Made by a program: the position numbers and the translations under genes. Positions 19,776 through 30,108 of a stretch of 64,000 bases of DNA are shown here, piece by piece (position 1 is the stretch's first letter; the number at the start of each line of letters is the position of its first letter). Where the stretch lies: positions 12,117-76,116 of the IMG/VR virus record IMGVR_UViG_3300013103_000005, one strand, 5' to 3'. The notes below the pieces were generated by a model, which was given only the letters and a program-made list of their open reading frames with translations, was not told the origin of the DNA and made no database searches. Source of the DNA: a virus.

Positions 19776-22700
19776 ATGGAAGTTCAAAGGCCAACAGAAA
19801 TTCATATAGACACTAGGGAAAATTCAGTAATACTCACGATACTTAAACCCGAACAAGAAGAAATAATCGGGATAAATATTTATTACTCCGAACAAATGGG
19901 AGGAGGTGTTAACGGTTATTCTAAGATTAACCCTACTCCCATCACAGAAATACAATCTGAAATAGAATATACTGAACCTATTTCCGAAACAGTAGAAATT
20001 AAAGGCGACCAGAAGACAACTACAAAGATAGAAAGGATAAAGAAGAAGCAATATTTTATTTACGAACATACAGGATTAGAAGCAAATAAAACTTATTATT
20101 ATGTAGTTACATCCGTAGCTTATGATTCAGGAACAGGACAATACTATGAGAGTCCTTATTCAATAGAAGTTAGCGGTACCCCTTTTATTTTAACGGATGC
20201 TATACAAGAAATAAAAACTCGTTCTCATTTAGAAATAGTACAATCTTACATTCAATCTATATGGGAAAATTATCCCGATTTAGACTTAAAGCCCGGAACA
20301 GTTAATAGGGATATTTTAATAGACCCGCCTTCTAAAGAACTAGAAAAAATATATACGATTTTAGATTTCATTTCCAAGTCTCAATCGATTGTAACATTAT
20401 TACGAATGGACGATGCTGATAATGATAGAGTATCTGACGACGTAGCAACTAGTCCTTATAAGCAAAAACTTAAAGAAGCTTTTATGTTTGAAACTGACGA
20501 AGAAGTACAAGCTTTAATAGATTCTGCTTTTGATAAAAAAGCTTCTGATGTAGGTATAACTAGGGGAACAGCGGAATATGCTATTGGAGAAGTGATATTT
20601 TATAGCGATTATGACTTTACTACTTTAACATCAGAAATAGAAATACCGGCAGGAACTATTGTAAGTACCTTAGCAGATCCTGAAGCAGGAATAGAAGCTC
20701 AAAGATTTGTAACCTTGTCTACAATAAATATAGTCCCTGAAACTGTAGAAGATTATTACAACCCTTCGAGAGCAAGGTATGAATTTCCTGTAGCTATAAG
20801 AGCAATGGAAACAGGTTCTAAAGGAAATGTTCCTGCTGAAACTATAACAGTTATAGAAACAGAGATTCCTGCTTATGGATTTAATGTTATAAATCTAGAG
20901 GCAACTTTAAATGGACAGGACGAAGAATCTAATTGGTCACTAGCCCAAAGAACCTTATTAGCTTTTATTGGGGTTGATATAGGAACAAAAGGTGGTTATT
21001 TGCGTTCAATCGCTGCTCATGAAAATGTAGAGGAAGCAAAAGTAATAGAATCAGGCAATTACTATATGCAGAGAGATTATGATGAGGTAAGACATAAGCA
21101 TATAGGTGGTAAAGTAGATATTTATGTAAGAGGAGATAATTTAGTAGAAAAAACCGACAAATTTGCTTTTGAATATCCTTTAGTTTCCGATGAAGTAGCC
21201 ACGATTGTTAATTCTTCTTCTATGGTTATTGAGACTACAAATAGCGATGTTTCTTCAGACAAACCTATCTTTACAGTTTTATGGATTAGAAATAATACTA
21301 AATCTGCTTATTATAATCTTTCAAAATTGCAAATAATAAATGGAACCCAAATAGATATTGACGAGACAATCCCTGAAAATTCTAGTATAGGAATGGACGA
21401 TACTGATGTTATAGAAATTGCTTATAGATATAGGGCAGATATAGACCATATATTTAAAACTCAACCCGTAAGAAGTATTAGTGATTTAGATGGTTTGATT
21501 TCAGGAACAGATTTAGAAGCAGTTGCTATCTTAGCAAAAACAGAAGACCCGTTGTTATTAGGTAATTCTGCTAAAGCTAGCGATTTTGTTAGATTTAAAT
21601 GGGATGGTTCAATCCCTTTAGATAGAGAAAAAGTAGAAGATGAGGAAAAAACTTTAACAGGAACAGATTGGGTTTATTTAGATAAGAGGGGAATTGATTC
21701 TGAAACGGTAGTGGTTAAAGATAGTACGGGAACTACAATTTATGTTTTAAATCAAGATTATGAATTACAAACAGAAGATAATTTAGTTAAAATTAGAAGA
21801 ATTACAACTGGGGCTATCGGAGATGGAGATACGGTAAAAGTAGATTATTATCATAAACATAATGTAGATGGGGAGACTTTAGTTTTAAGACATCAGGTTT
21901 TTGTTCCAATACAAAATTATGGGGTTGATGAACAATATTTGAAAGTAAAATCTTCAGATGGTTCTGTTACTTATGATAAAAATATTGATTACGAATTATT
22001 ATCAGAAACAGAAGATTCTCCAATACAAATAAGGAGGATTCCAGGAGGAGCAATAGCCGATGGGGCGACTGTAAAGGTTTATTATGAATGCACTGAAAAT
22101 GTAACTGCTAAATATGTAGTGAATAGTACTATACAAAGTGCTCAAACTGCGATAGAAGAAAAGAGGCATATTACTGCAGATGTAGTTTGCAAAGAAGTTT
22201 TTATAACCAAAGTAGATATTTCAATCAAAGTCAAAAAGAAAGAAAATGCTACTATAAGTGCCTTGAATGGCGGTATTAGAACTGCTATTTCAAATTTCTT
22301 AAATAATCTCAGAATCGGAGAAAGCGTACATCAATCAGATATTATAGGGGTAATAGAATCTGTTCCTGAGGTAGATTATGTTCAAGTGCCTTTAGAAAAA
22401 ATTGCTAGAATAGACGATTCAATAATAGTTAAGGAAAGAATAGATAATTCAAGAGCTAATTGGTCTAAAATAACAGGACTTACAGTAGATTATTATCGTT
22501 CAGACCCGAATATTTTAAAACATCCTACAATTGATAATGGTGGATATTGGTACGAATTTGTAGGAATGTATGCTAATGATTTTCCTTTAGAACAAGTTTA
22601 TACAGAATCAGAAGTAGGACAAGCTCCTGGAAGATTCTTTATAGGTGATTTAGGGAGTGGTATCGTAGTGAGTGTTTCAATTCCAGATTTCTTTCCTCCT

Positions 22701-22832
22701 GGAAGGGATGTAAATGATATAAATTGGACTATAACATATCACGTTTTTAATGAAACAGGCCCTAATGATTTAGAAGTATCAGACCTTGAAAAGTTAGAAT
22801 TAAATAATCTAGATATTGCATTGTTAGAATAA
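19776..22832 (+). CDS. Baseplate J/gp6-like wedge protein with extra domains
   Basis: EIPAGTIVST, GSKGNVPAETIT, NGQDEESNWSL, GGKVDIYV; N-terminal FN3-like domain. Confidence 0.85.
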   Translation: MEVQRPTEIHIDTRENSVILTILKPEQEEIIGINIYYSEQMGGGVNGYSKINPTPITEIQSEIEYTEPISETVEIKGDQKTTTKIERIKKKQYFIYEHTGLEANKTYYYVVTSVAYDSGTGQYYESPYSIEVSGTPFILTDAIQEIKTRSHLEIVQSYIQSIWENYPDLDLKPGTVNRDILIDPPSKELEKIYTILDFISKSQSIVTLLRMDDADNDRVSDDVATSPYKQKLKEAFMFETDEEVQALIDSAFDKKASDVGITRGTAEYAIGEVIFYSDYDFTTLTSEIEIPAGTIVSTLADPEAGIEAQRFVTLSTINIVPETVEDYYNPSRARYEFPVAIRAMETGSKGNVPAETITVIETEIPAYGFNVINLEATLNGQDEESNWSLAQRTLLAFIGVDIGTKGGYLRSIAAHENVEEAKVIESGNYYMQRDYDEVRHKHIGGKVDIYVRGDNLVEKTDKFAFEYPLVSDEVATIVNSSSMVIETTNSDVSSDKPIFTVLWIRNNTKSAYYNLSKLQIINGTQIDIDETIPENSSIGMDDTDVIEIAYRYRADIDHIFKTQPVRSISDLDGLISGTDLEAVAILAKTEDPLLLGNSAKASDFVRFKWDGSIPLDREKVEDEEKTLTGTDWVYLDKRGIDSETVVVKDSTGTTIYVLNQDYELQTEDNLVKIRRITTGAIGDGDTVKVDYYHKHNVDGETLVLRHQVFVPIQNYGVDEQYLKVKSSDGSVTYDKNIDYELLSETEDSPIQIRRIPGGAIADGATVKVYYECTENVTAKYVVNSTIQSAQTAIEEKRHITADVVCKEVFITKVDISIKVKKKENATISALNGGIRTAISNFLNNLRIGESVHQSDIIGVIESVPEVDYVQVPLEKIARIDDSIIVKERIDNSRANWSKITGLTVDYYRSDPNILKHPTIDNGGYWYEFVGMYANDFPLEQVYTESEVGQAPGRFFIGDLGSGIVVSVSIPDFFPPGRDVNDINWTITYHVFNETGPNDLEVSDLEKLELNNLDIALLE

Positions 22833-22852
22833 AGTTTAACGCGTTAAACTTT
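22831..22852. repeat. Palindrome copy 12
   Basis: AAAGTTTAACGCGTTAAACTTT. Confidence 0.98.
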
Positions 22853-22863
22853 GAGGATAGGAG

Positions 22864-24198
22864 ATGATAAATTATACTATTCTTAAAAATCCTAGATTAT
22901 ATGAGAGAAATAAAGAATGGTTTAAGACTTTAAAAGAATTAGAAGAAAGCTTTACGAACGATTTATTATCTTTATTAGCTAGTAATTACGATACAAATAT
23001 CCCTTCTACCCTTTACGGATTGCATTATAAAGCTTTAGCTAGAGAATTTTCTCAATTTATTATAGATTCTCAAGAAGTAGTTAATGATTTATTTCCAGAT
23101 ATATCAAGACTAGAAGCTATTTGGAAAAATTTAGGAAGTTATTTAGGAGAACCTGGTAAAGGATTTCCACCTCACGAAGTAGATATAAATACTAATGAAG
23201 ATTATCGTGATTTATTACTTGCTATTAAGTTTTGTTTGCTTGGCGGTTCTACTTATGATAATCTTAAAGAAGGGATGAGATTATTTTTAGGAGAGAATAT
23301 AGAAGTTTATGAAGAATATTTAGAACCGCCAGATGAAATAGCAAAAACTTTTATGTTTAGGGTTCAAGTATTGATTCCAGATGATTTATCTGGTCAGTAC
23401 TTGTTAACAAGGGCTTTTAGAAATGCTCAAAAATTATTAAATTTAGTAAAACCTGCTCACACATTAGGAAGAGTCGTTCCAACTTTTACAGAAGAGTTTC
23501 ATATTTATGATTGTAATTTTTATAGAGATGAAAATGGAAATTTGATTCTTTTTAGCGGAGCAGAACATCCTTATGAAGGAGCATTCACTTTAAACGATGT
23601 GGATTTGTATTATGATTTTTTAATGTCTGAATCTATTTATATGGCAAGACATCACCATGTAGGTTTATTTGGAAAATCAAGATTAAAAGGTTATGATATA
23701 AATTGGAAAGATAAAGAGAATCTAATAATTACTAAAATTCAAAATCATTTGCATAGGGATAGTTCTTATTATGGCGGCCCTTTTGGGTGGGGAATATTAG
23801 GTTATGGCGGAAGTAATTTTATCATAGTCAATCTAGGTGAGGTAAGAGGCAAGGGATGGCTTAATTTTGATTATACTGGTAACAGGTTCTTATGGCCACA
23901 TAAACCTATAAATACATCTAATAGAATTTGTGAGTCTTCGAGAATATTCAGGGTTAAACGAGATTTAGAAAATTATAATTTGGATTCTATTCAGGAAGAT
24001 TATTATTGGACTGAGAAAATATCTGATACTTATTCCATTACAGAAGAGGTTTCTGGAGTAGAGTTTGTTTTAGGGCCTAGTGGAAGTTGGACATCAGAAT
24101 TGAATACAGGATTAGATATTTTAGGGCCAATTCCAACTAATATTCAAGCAGGAGACCCAACGATTACCAATATTACTATTGAATATACAGAGTTATAA
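22864..24198 (+). CDS. Baseplate wedge protein (gpI/gp7-like)
   Basis: EDYRDLL...GGST...LVKPAHT after the J gene. Confidence 0.65.
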   Translation: MINYTILKNPRLYERNKEWFKTLKELEESFTNDLLSLLASNYDTNIPSTLYGLHYKALAREFSQFIIDSQEVVNDLFPDISRLEAIWKNLGSYLGEPGKGFPPHEVDINTNEDYRDLLLAIKFCLLGGSTYDNLKEGMRLFLGENIEVYEEYLEPPDEIAKTFMFRVQVLIPDDLSGQYLLTRAFRNAQKLLNLVKPAHTLGRVVPTFTEEFHIYDCNFYRDENGNLILFSGAEHPYEGAFTLNDVDLYYDFLMSESIYMARHHHVGLFGKSRLKGYDINWKDKENLIITKIQNHLHRDSSYYGGPFGWGILGYGGSNFIIVNLGEVRGKGWLNFDYTGNRFLWPHKPINTSNRICESSRIFRVKRDLENYNLDSIQEDYYWTEKISDTYSITEEVSGVEFVLGPSGSWTSELNTGLDILGPIPTNIQAGDPTITNITIEYTEL

Positions 24199-24228
24199 TT
24201 AAATCTATTAAGCTCGGAGGTAGAAGAA

Positions 24229-24753
24229 ATGCCTACCTTTACTAAGAGGTTAAATTTAGAAAAGCCGAAACGTGGAGAATATCTTAATACTTGGGATATC
24301 CCACTTAACGCTAATTTTGATAAATTAGACCAATATCTCGGCGAACATTTAGAAAATGGTTTCGTTCATGTTCATGTAGGTACTTATCCACCGTCTCACC
24401 CAGAGACTGAAGGACCCGCTATTTGGTTGGATACTTCTTCTAGCCCTCCTGTTTTAAAGGTTTGGGATTCTGTTCAAGATTCTTGGGTAATTATTACCGG
24501 CGGGGGCGTACCGGGTGCGAATAGGCAAGTAGAATATCATCAGATTACCCAAGCTGAATTAGACGCTGGGTGTTTTGATTTAACTAAAGGAACTCCAGTT
24601 GCGCCTGCGGAGGTTATCCTTTGTCCTATTGGGGGAATCCCTCAGCAATATGGGGTCGACTTTTCTGTTTCTGGGAGGACTATTAATTTGTATGGGGATT
24701 TGCTTAATGATTTGGCTGATGGAGACTGGTTAAGGGTAGTTTACGAAACATAA
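24229..24753 (+). CDS. Tail fibre adaptor-like protein
   Basis: LNLEKP...WDIPLNANFDKLD, IWLDTS; C-terminal domain shared with next gene. Confidence 0.6.
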   Translation: MPTFTKRLNLEKPKRGEYLNTWDIPLNANFDKLDQYLGEHLENGFVHVHVGTYPPSHPETEGPAIWLDTSSSPPVLKVWDSVQDSWVIITGGGVPGANRQVEYHQITQAELDAGCFDLTKGTPVAPAEVILCPIGGIPQQYGVDFSVSGRTINLYGDLLNDLADGDWLRVVYET

Positions 24754-24773
24754 TTATTTTAAGGAGGTGCGGT

Positions 24774-26483
24774 ATGTCTAAATTAAAAACTAAATGGATT
24801 GAGGATGCAGCTATAACAAAGGAAAAGCTTAATTCGGATGTTGCGGGGGATGGTTTATCTGGTGGAGCAGGGTCGGCTTTATCTGTTAATGTGGATAATT
24901 CGACACTTGAGATATTCTCTGATTCATTACAAGTTAAATCAGAAGGTATTACTGAGAGCCATCTTGCTATAACTGTAGCGGGAGAAGGCCTTACAGGTGG
25001 AGGTGGTTCTCCTTTATCTGTTCAAGTGGACGATTCTTCTATTGAAATAGCGACGGGGGTTTTACGAATCAAAACCGGTGGTGTTCTTAATGAAATGTTA
25101 GCAGGCGGTATTACAGATGATAAGCTGTTTAATACTTATATAAACGCAGATGGAACTACACCGTTGTTTGGAAACTGGGATTTAGGCGGGACTTTTACTA
25201 TAACAAACGTTCCTAACCCTACTTCTGACAGTCAAATCGCAAATAAAAGTTATGTTGATAGCGTTGCCCAAGGACTTGATGTTAAGGATAGCGTGAGAGC
25301 TTTAGCAGATTCTAATGTTACAACTAGCGGGACAACTACTATAGATGGAGTTTCTTTGTCTGCTGGTGATAGGGTGTTATTAACTGGCCAGACAAATGGT
25401 GTAGAAAACGGTATTTGGGTGGTTCAGACAGGTTCTTGGACGAGACCAGATGATTTTGCTAATGGAAGTTCTGTTGCTGGTGCTTTTACCTTCGTAGAAT
25501 CAGGGAATACTTACGCCGATAGTGGATGGGTATGTACTAACGATAGTGGTTCTGATATCGTTGGAACAGATAGTTTATCCTTCTCGCAATTTTCTGGGGC
25601 AGGCCAAATAACTGCTGGGGCTGGTTTAACTAAAACTGGAAATACTTTAAACGTTGGTCAGAATTCTACAGGTGGTATTAAGGTAAACGCAGATGATATT
25701 CAACTTAATGTAGATAATTCAACTATTGAGATTTCAGGAACAGATCCTGGAACTGTTCAAGTTAAGGCAGGTGGAATAACAGGAAATCATTTAAGTTCTT
25801 CAGTAGCCGGGGCTGGTTTAACAGGTGGTGGAGGAAACGCTCTATCTGTAAACGTAGATAATTCTACTATTGAGATTATAGCAGATGCCCTACAAGTAAA
25901 AGCCGGAGGGATAACAGAAAATCATTTAAATACCTCGGTTGCGGGAAATGGTTTAACAGGCGGTGGCGGTAATCCTCTCGCAGTTGGAGCTGGTTCTGGT
26001 ATAACTGTAAACGCTGACTCAATCGAGGTAAATCCTGCTGATTTAATCTCTGGCGGTTCTGCAGAGATAGACGGTGATAAAATAGATATAGATTGGAATC
26101 CTTCTAATTATACACCAACTACTTCCCCATCGGAGGTAGATAATGTTGACCAATTGACTGCCCATTTGGCAGGAATCGATAATGCTCTGGCTGGAATCTC
26201 TACAGAGAATATTTACCAAGAAATGCATACTATAACTTCCGCAGAAGAGACTGCCGGTTATTTTACATTAACACATACCCCTGTTAATGCGAGGAGCGTG
26301 AGAGTAGATGTTGTAGGTGGGATTAGACAAATAAATAAACAAGCAGTTAATGGAACCGGGCTGACCCCTGATTTTGATATTTTAAATAATAATCAGTTGC
26401 ACTTTAATAACAACGGCGGAGCAACAGGGCTTAGCGGAGATTTATCAGCTGGCGATACTTTGATTATTTGTTATCAATACTAA
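24774..26483 (+). CDS. Gly-rich repetitive fibre protein
   Basis: Repeats of VNVDNSTIEI...QVKAGGIT..HL..SVAG.GLTGGGG; GDRVLLTGQT...ENGIWV. Confidence 0.75.
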   Translation: MSKLKTKWIEDAAITKEKLNSDVAGDGLSGGAGSALSVNVDNSTLEIFSDSLQVKSEGITESHLAITVAGEGLTGGGGSPLSVQVDDSSIEIATGVLRIKTGGVLNEMLAGGITDDKLFNTYINADGTTPLFGNWDLGGTFTITNVPNPTSDSQIANKSYVDSVAQGLDVKDSVRALADSNVTTSGTTTIDGVSLSAGDRVLLTGQTNGVENGIWVVQTGSWTRPDDFANGSSVAGAFTFVESGNTYADSGWVCTNDSGSDIVGTDSLSFSQFSGAGQITAGAGLTKTGNTLNVGQNSTGGIKVNADDIQLNVDNSTIEISGTDPGTVQVKAGGITGNHLSSSVAGAGLTGGGGNALSVNVDNSTIEIIADALQVKAGGITENHLNTSVAGNGLTGGGGNPLAVGAGSGITVNADSIEVNPADLISGGSAEIDGDKIDIDWNPSNYTPTTSPSEVDNVDQLTAHLAGIDNALAGISTENIYQEMHTITSAEETAGYFTLTHTPVNARSVRVDVVGGIRQINKQAVNGTGLTPDFDILNNNQLHFNNNGGATGLSGDLSAGDTLIICYQY

Positions 26484-26492
26484 GATTTAACT

Positions 26493-26516
26493 GAGGAGGC
26501 TTAATGCCTCCTCTTT
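26493..26516 (+). terminator. Rho-independent terminator
   Basis: GAGGAGGC-ttaat-GCCTCCTC-TTT. Confidence 0.7.
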
Positions 26517-26523
26517 AATTTAT

Positions 26524-26910
26524 TTGGAGGAGATTAGTATGAAACGAGGAAAGAACGAAAATCCCTTGTATCAAAGGATGAAGAATATTCAATTAGCTTT
26601 AGAAAATTTAGGATTTGATAAGTTAGAAATACCCGAAGCTCCGGGTGAATACCCTGATTGGTTAAAAATAGTTTATAAAGATTTATTTTTATTAGTGAAT
26701 ACTGCTAGGTTAGACCCTTCTGTTTCTTCAGAAAAGTTAGTTAATTTAGGCTTATTAGCTAAAAGGATTTGTGAATACTTATATTTATCGGCTAAGCATT
26801 TTTCTGAGATAAGTAATGTAGATATTTCTCAACTAGGTAATTTGGATGTAGTTGGGATGATAGTCGAAAAATTCGAACAAGAAAGGGCTAAGTTAAATTC
26901 CGACAGTTGA
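26524..26910 (+). CDS. Hypothetical protein (probable start ATG 26539)
   Basis: ORF with GGAGGAG RBS. Confidence 0.55.
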   Translation: MEEISMKRGKNENPLYQRMKNIQLALENLGFDKLEIPEAPGEYPDWLKIVYKDLFLLVNTARLDPSVSSEKLVNLGLLAKRICEYLYLSAKHFSEISNVDISQLGNLDVVGMIVEKFEQERAKLNSDS

Positions 26911-26944
26911 AGTCCTTTCTGTGGGATATATCCGTGGGTGGTTA

Positions 26945-26968
26945 GAAAGTTTAACGCGTTAAACTTTC
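26945..26968. repeat. Palindrome copy 13
   Basis: GAAAGTTTAACGCGTTAAACTTTC. Confidence 0.98.
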
Positions 26969-27010
26969 AAGACCACGAACACGGCAAAAAGCAGAAAGGA
27001 GGTTATAATA

Positions 27011-28762
27011 ATGAGTAAAACAAAACGAAAATGGATTATTTTGGATTATACTAACCCAGACGCCCTAAGGGCGGAGGATATCCCTTACGATGCCTCTCAG
27101 TCGATGAGGGCGAGATTTGATTCTCATTTAACTTCAGATGACCACACCCAGTATCTACTTGCAAATGGAAGCAGGCAGTTAACTGGAGACTGGGATATTG
27201 GAGATGGTAGAAGCATATTAGCAGACAAAATCAGGGCAAGAGATGGGGATGGGTTAGCACTTTATGACGACGGTGGGAATGGTATTTTTATTCAGGATGG
27301 TGGCAATGTAGGAATAGGGACAGATAGTCCGGAGTTTAAATTACAGATAAATGATGGATTGAAAACAAGAGTTATGATTCATGAGTCTTCTAATATTGTA
27401 GGACCACGGCTTGTGTTATATAGTTCTCAAACAGGAAGTGCCCCAACACTTGAACTCGGAGTGGCTACTCAAGATTACGGCAACTATGTTCTAGCAAATT
27501 GGGCATATTTGGCAGGAAATTCACTTAATGAAGGTATTGCGATTTTAGGAAATCTTAATGACCAATTTCCTTATGGTTTATTTGTTAAAAACGGCGGCAA
27601 CGTAGGAATAGGAACAAATAGCCCCGGTGAAAAATTAAGTATATATAGTAATAGCACTGATAACGATTTTTATGCTTTAGGTTTAGGTGTTGCAAGTACG
27701 AGAAGATGGAAGATATTATTAGGAGGATACAATCAGCATTCAGAATATGGAAATTATCCCCTGATAATACAAAGGGATATGGGTACATATAGTGGGGCTT
27801 TTGTGATAGAAGGGGATAGTCCAGTAGTAGTTAGAAAATCTGGCAAGGTAGGGATAGGAACAAGTAATCCGACCAATTTATTTGACGTCAACAAAAGTGA
27901 TGGAAATGGAGTGTTTGCTGGTTTAGGCGACCTTTCCCAAACTAACCCTTTGGTTTATATAGGGGGAACGGGTTCGCATAGTTATCTAGAAACAAGGAAT
28001 AACTATGAATTATGGATTGGTGTAAACAATCATCCTGCAACTAATATACCAGAAATAGTAATAAAAACATCGGGTAATGTAGGAATAGGGACAAATAGTA
28101 CTCATTCTAAATTAACAGTAGCGGGGCATATCACCCCTTCTACGGATAACGCTTATGACATTGGAACTTCTTCATATCGTTGGGATGATATATGGGCAAC
28201 AAATGGAACAATACAAACTTGCGATGAAAGAGATAAAGATTTAATTTCAGACGCTCAATTAGGGCTAGATTTCATAAATAGATTAAGACCTGTAACTTTT
28301 AAATGGAAAGATTATTCATCTGAAGCAGTTTACGAAACTAGAACGAAGCAGAAAACCCAATTGGTAACAAAAACGAGGGAAAAAGAGATTATAGAATTAG
28401 TAGATGGTAAATATGTTAAAAAGGTAATAACTGAGGAATACCAAGAGGAAGAACCTGTATATGAAGAATATGACCTTTATGATGAAGAAGGGAATATTAT
28501 TGGCAAACATAAAGTTCCTGTTATGGAAGAATACCAAGAAGAAGTTCAGCCTGCGATTTCCAGGACTTATATAAGAAAGCATTATGGATTGGTCGCCCAA
28601 GAAGTAAAACAAGTATTAGATGAGTTAGGGATAGATACTGAAGACTTTGCCCCTTTAATAATAGATGAAGAAACAGGAAAGTACGGGTTGAGGTATCAAG
28701 AATTGATTCCGATTTTAATTAAAGCTATTCAAGAACTTTATCAAATGATTAACAATAATTAG
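27011..28762 (+). CDS. Tail fibre with C-terminal peptidase S74 intramolecular chaperone
   Basis: Four G(N/K)VGIGT repeats; TCDERDK...LRPVTFKWK...HYGLVAQEV...LIKAIQEL. Confidence 0.9.
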   Translation: MSKTKRKWIILDYTNPDALRAEDIPYDASQSMRARFDSHLTSDDHTQYLLANGSRQLTGDWDIGDGRSILADKIRARDGDGLALYDDGGNGIFIQDGGNVGIGTDSPEFKLQINDGLKTRVMIHESSNIVGPRLVLYSSQTGSAPTLELGVATQDYGNYVLANWAYLAGNSLNEGIAILGNLNDQFPYGLFVKNGGNVGIGTNSPGEKLSIYSNSTDNDFYALGLGVASTRRWKILLGGYNQHSEYGNYPLIIQRDMGTYSGAFVIEGDSPVVVRKSGKVGIGTSNPTNLFDVNKSDGNGVFAGLGDLSQTNPLVYIGGTGSHSYLETRNNYELWIGVNNHPATNIPEIVIKTSGNVGIGTNSTHSKLTVAGHITPSTDNAYDIGTSSYRWDDIWATNGTIQTCDERDKDLISDAQLGLDFINRLRPVTFKWKDYSSEAVYETRTKQKTQLVTKTREKEIIELVDGKYVKKVITEEYQEEEPVYEEYDLYDEEGNIIGKHKVPVMEEYQEEVQPAISRTYIRKHYGLVAQEVKQVLDELGIDTEDFAPLIIDEETGKYGLRYQELIPILIKAIQELYQMINNN

Positions 28763-28764
28763 TA

Positions 28765-28977
28765 TTGGGAAGGAGGAGAATTATGATTAAATTAGGATTT
28801 GAGGAAAATGAATTGAGAACATTAATTTCCTTTTTGGATAGGGTTACTGTAACAGGAATAAGGGAAAATATTGCCTATATGAACCTTATTCAAAAATTAG
28901 AATCCGTTTTAGTTGCTAAAGAAGATAATGATAAGGAGGATAAGAATGAAACTAAAGATAGGAAAAATGATAGGTGA
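28765..28977 (+). CDS. Hypothetical protein
   Basis: AGGAGGAG RBS before the internal ATG. Confidence 0.5.
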   Translation: MGRRRIMIKLGFEENELRTLISFLDRVTVTGIRENIAYMNLIQKLESVLVAKEDNDKEDKNETKDRKNDR

Positions 28978-29155
28978 TTGGGGAAAACGTGTTATAGGCG
29001 AAGCTATAAGTAGTAAGAAAACATTAGCTACTTGCGGGGCTATTGTTTTTCTTACCCAAGTGAATCAAAAATACGCTTTGATAGCTTTTGTAGTTTGGAT
29101 GGTTTGTCAGACAGCTATTGATGTTTCTAAAATTTTAAAGGGTAAGAAAGAGTGA
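28913..29155 (+). CDS. Small membrane protein, holin candidate
   Basis: Two short hydrophobic segments, basic C-terminus; AAGGAGG RBS before MKLKIG. Confidence 0.45.
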   Translation: MLKKIMIRRIRMKLKIGKMIGDWGKRVIGEAISSKKTLATCGAIVFLTQVNQKYALIAFVVWMVCQTAIDVSKILKGKKE

Positions 29156-29652
29156 AAGAACTTTTTCTTTTGAAGGAACAATTAGCGACTTTAACAGAAG
29201 CTATTAAAAATTTTAAGGAAGAAGCGAGAAAGGAATATGAGCAGATAAGGGCTCTGCAGAGGGAGGTATCTTCTCTTTCTGCAGAGCTTAACTTTTTGAA
29301 GACGAGAATACAAGACCATAGGGAAGATATAAGCAAGGCGTTATTTAAGATTGCGGATAATGAAAAATATTTAGAAGGACTTAAAGTTTCTGTCGATAAT
29401 ATTCAAAAAAGTTTAACAAATCTTTGGGACGAGTTTAGAAATTGTCAGAATAGAATGAAGGAATCAATGATAAAGGAATTGAGGGAAGAAAGGCAAAGGG
29501 CATTAGACGAAAAGAAAGAATTTAAATTTTGGTCTTTAGAATACAGATGGAAAGTTATTGGAGCATTGATAGGGATAGCTGGTGTATTAGTCCCTATTGG
29601 ATTGTATTTTTTTGATTTAATGATTAAATTTATTTTTAAACATTGGAGGTAG
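29152..29652 (+). CDS. Coiled-coil protein with C-terminal transmembrane helix
   Basis: Heptad pattern then VIGALIGIAGVLVPIGLYFF. Confidence 0.6.
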   Translation: MKELFLLKEQLATLTEAIKNFKEEARKEYEQIRALQREVSSLSAELNFLKTRIQDHREDISKALFKIADNEKYLEGLKVSVDNIQKSLTNLWDEFRNCQNRMKESMIKELREERQRALDEKKEFKFWSLEYRWKVIGALIGIAGVLVPIGLYFFDLMIKFIFKHWR

Positions 29653-29658
29653 TTAAAA

Positions 29659-30108
29659 ATGGAAGGGGAAAAAAGAAATATTTTATTGATAGAAGACGAT
29701 CCTACTTATGGAAAAATAATTAAAGATTATTTAAATTCGAAAGGATTTAATTTAATATGGGCGGATACAGGAGAAGAAGGTCTTCAAGAAGTTTCTAAAT
29801 GGAATGGACTTTTAGATTTGATTATCGTTGATATGGAATTGCCGGGGATGGATGGGGCAGAAGTAATTAGATGGGTTAGAAAGTTAGGTTATGGTGTCCC
29901 GATTATCATTTTAACGGGAAGCTCAGATATTGATTTAGAAAGCTTTTCAGAGTTTGACGTTTACGATGTTTTAGAAAAGCCTAAAGCGCCAGAAGAAATA
30001 GAAGAAATAATCGTAAATTGTTTTGAACAAATTAAAAATTTATCAAAAACTATTTCGCAAGCTTTAGAGGATTTAAAGGAGTTGTTATGCGAAATAAAGT
30101 CCTCTTAA
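29659..30108 (+). CDS. Stand-alone response regulator receiver (CheY-like) protein
   Basis: ILLIEDD, DLIIVDMELPGMDG, PIIILTG, LEKP. Confidence 0.92.
   Translation: MEGEKRNILLIEDDPTYGKIIKDYLNSKGFNLIWADTGEEGLQEVSKWNGLLDLIIVDMELPGMDGAEVIRWVRKLGYGVPIIILTGSSDIDLESFSEFDVYDVLEKPKAPEEIEEIIVNCFEQIKNLSKTISQALEDLKELLCEIKSS

Noticed and set aside
27011-28762. Diversity-generating retroelement target in the tail fibre
   Set aside because: No reverse transcriptase or template repeat seen; GNVGIGT repeats are ordinary fibre repeats
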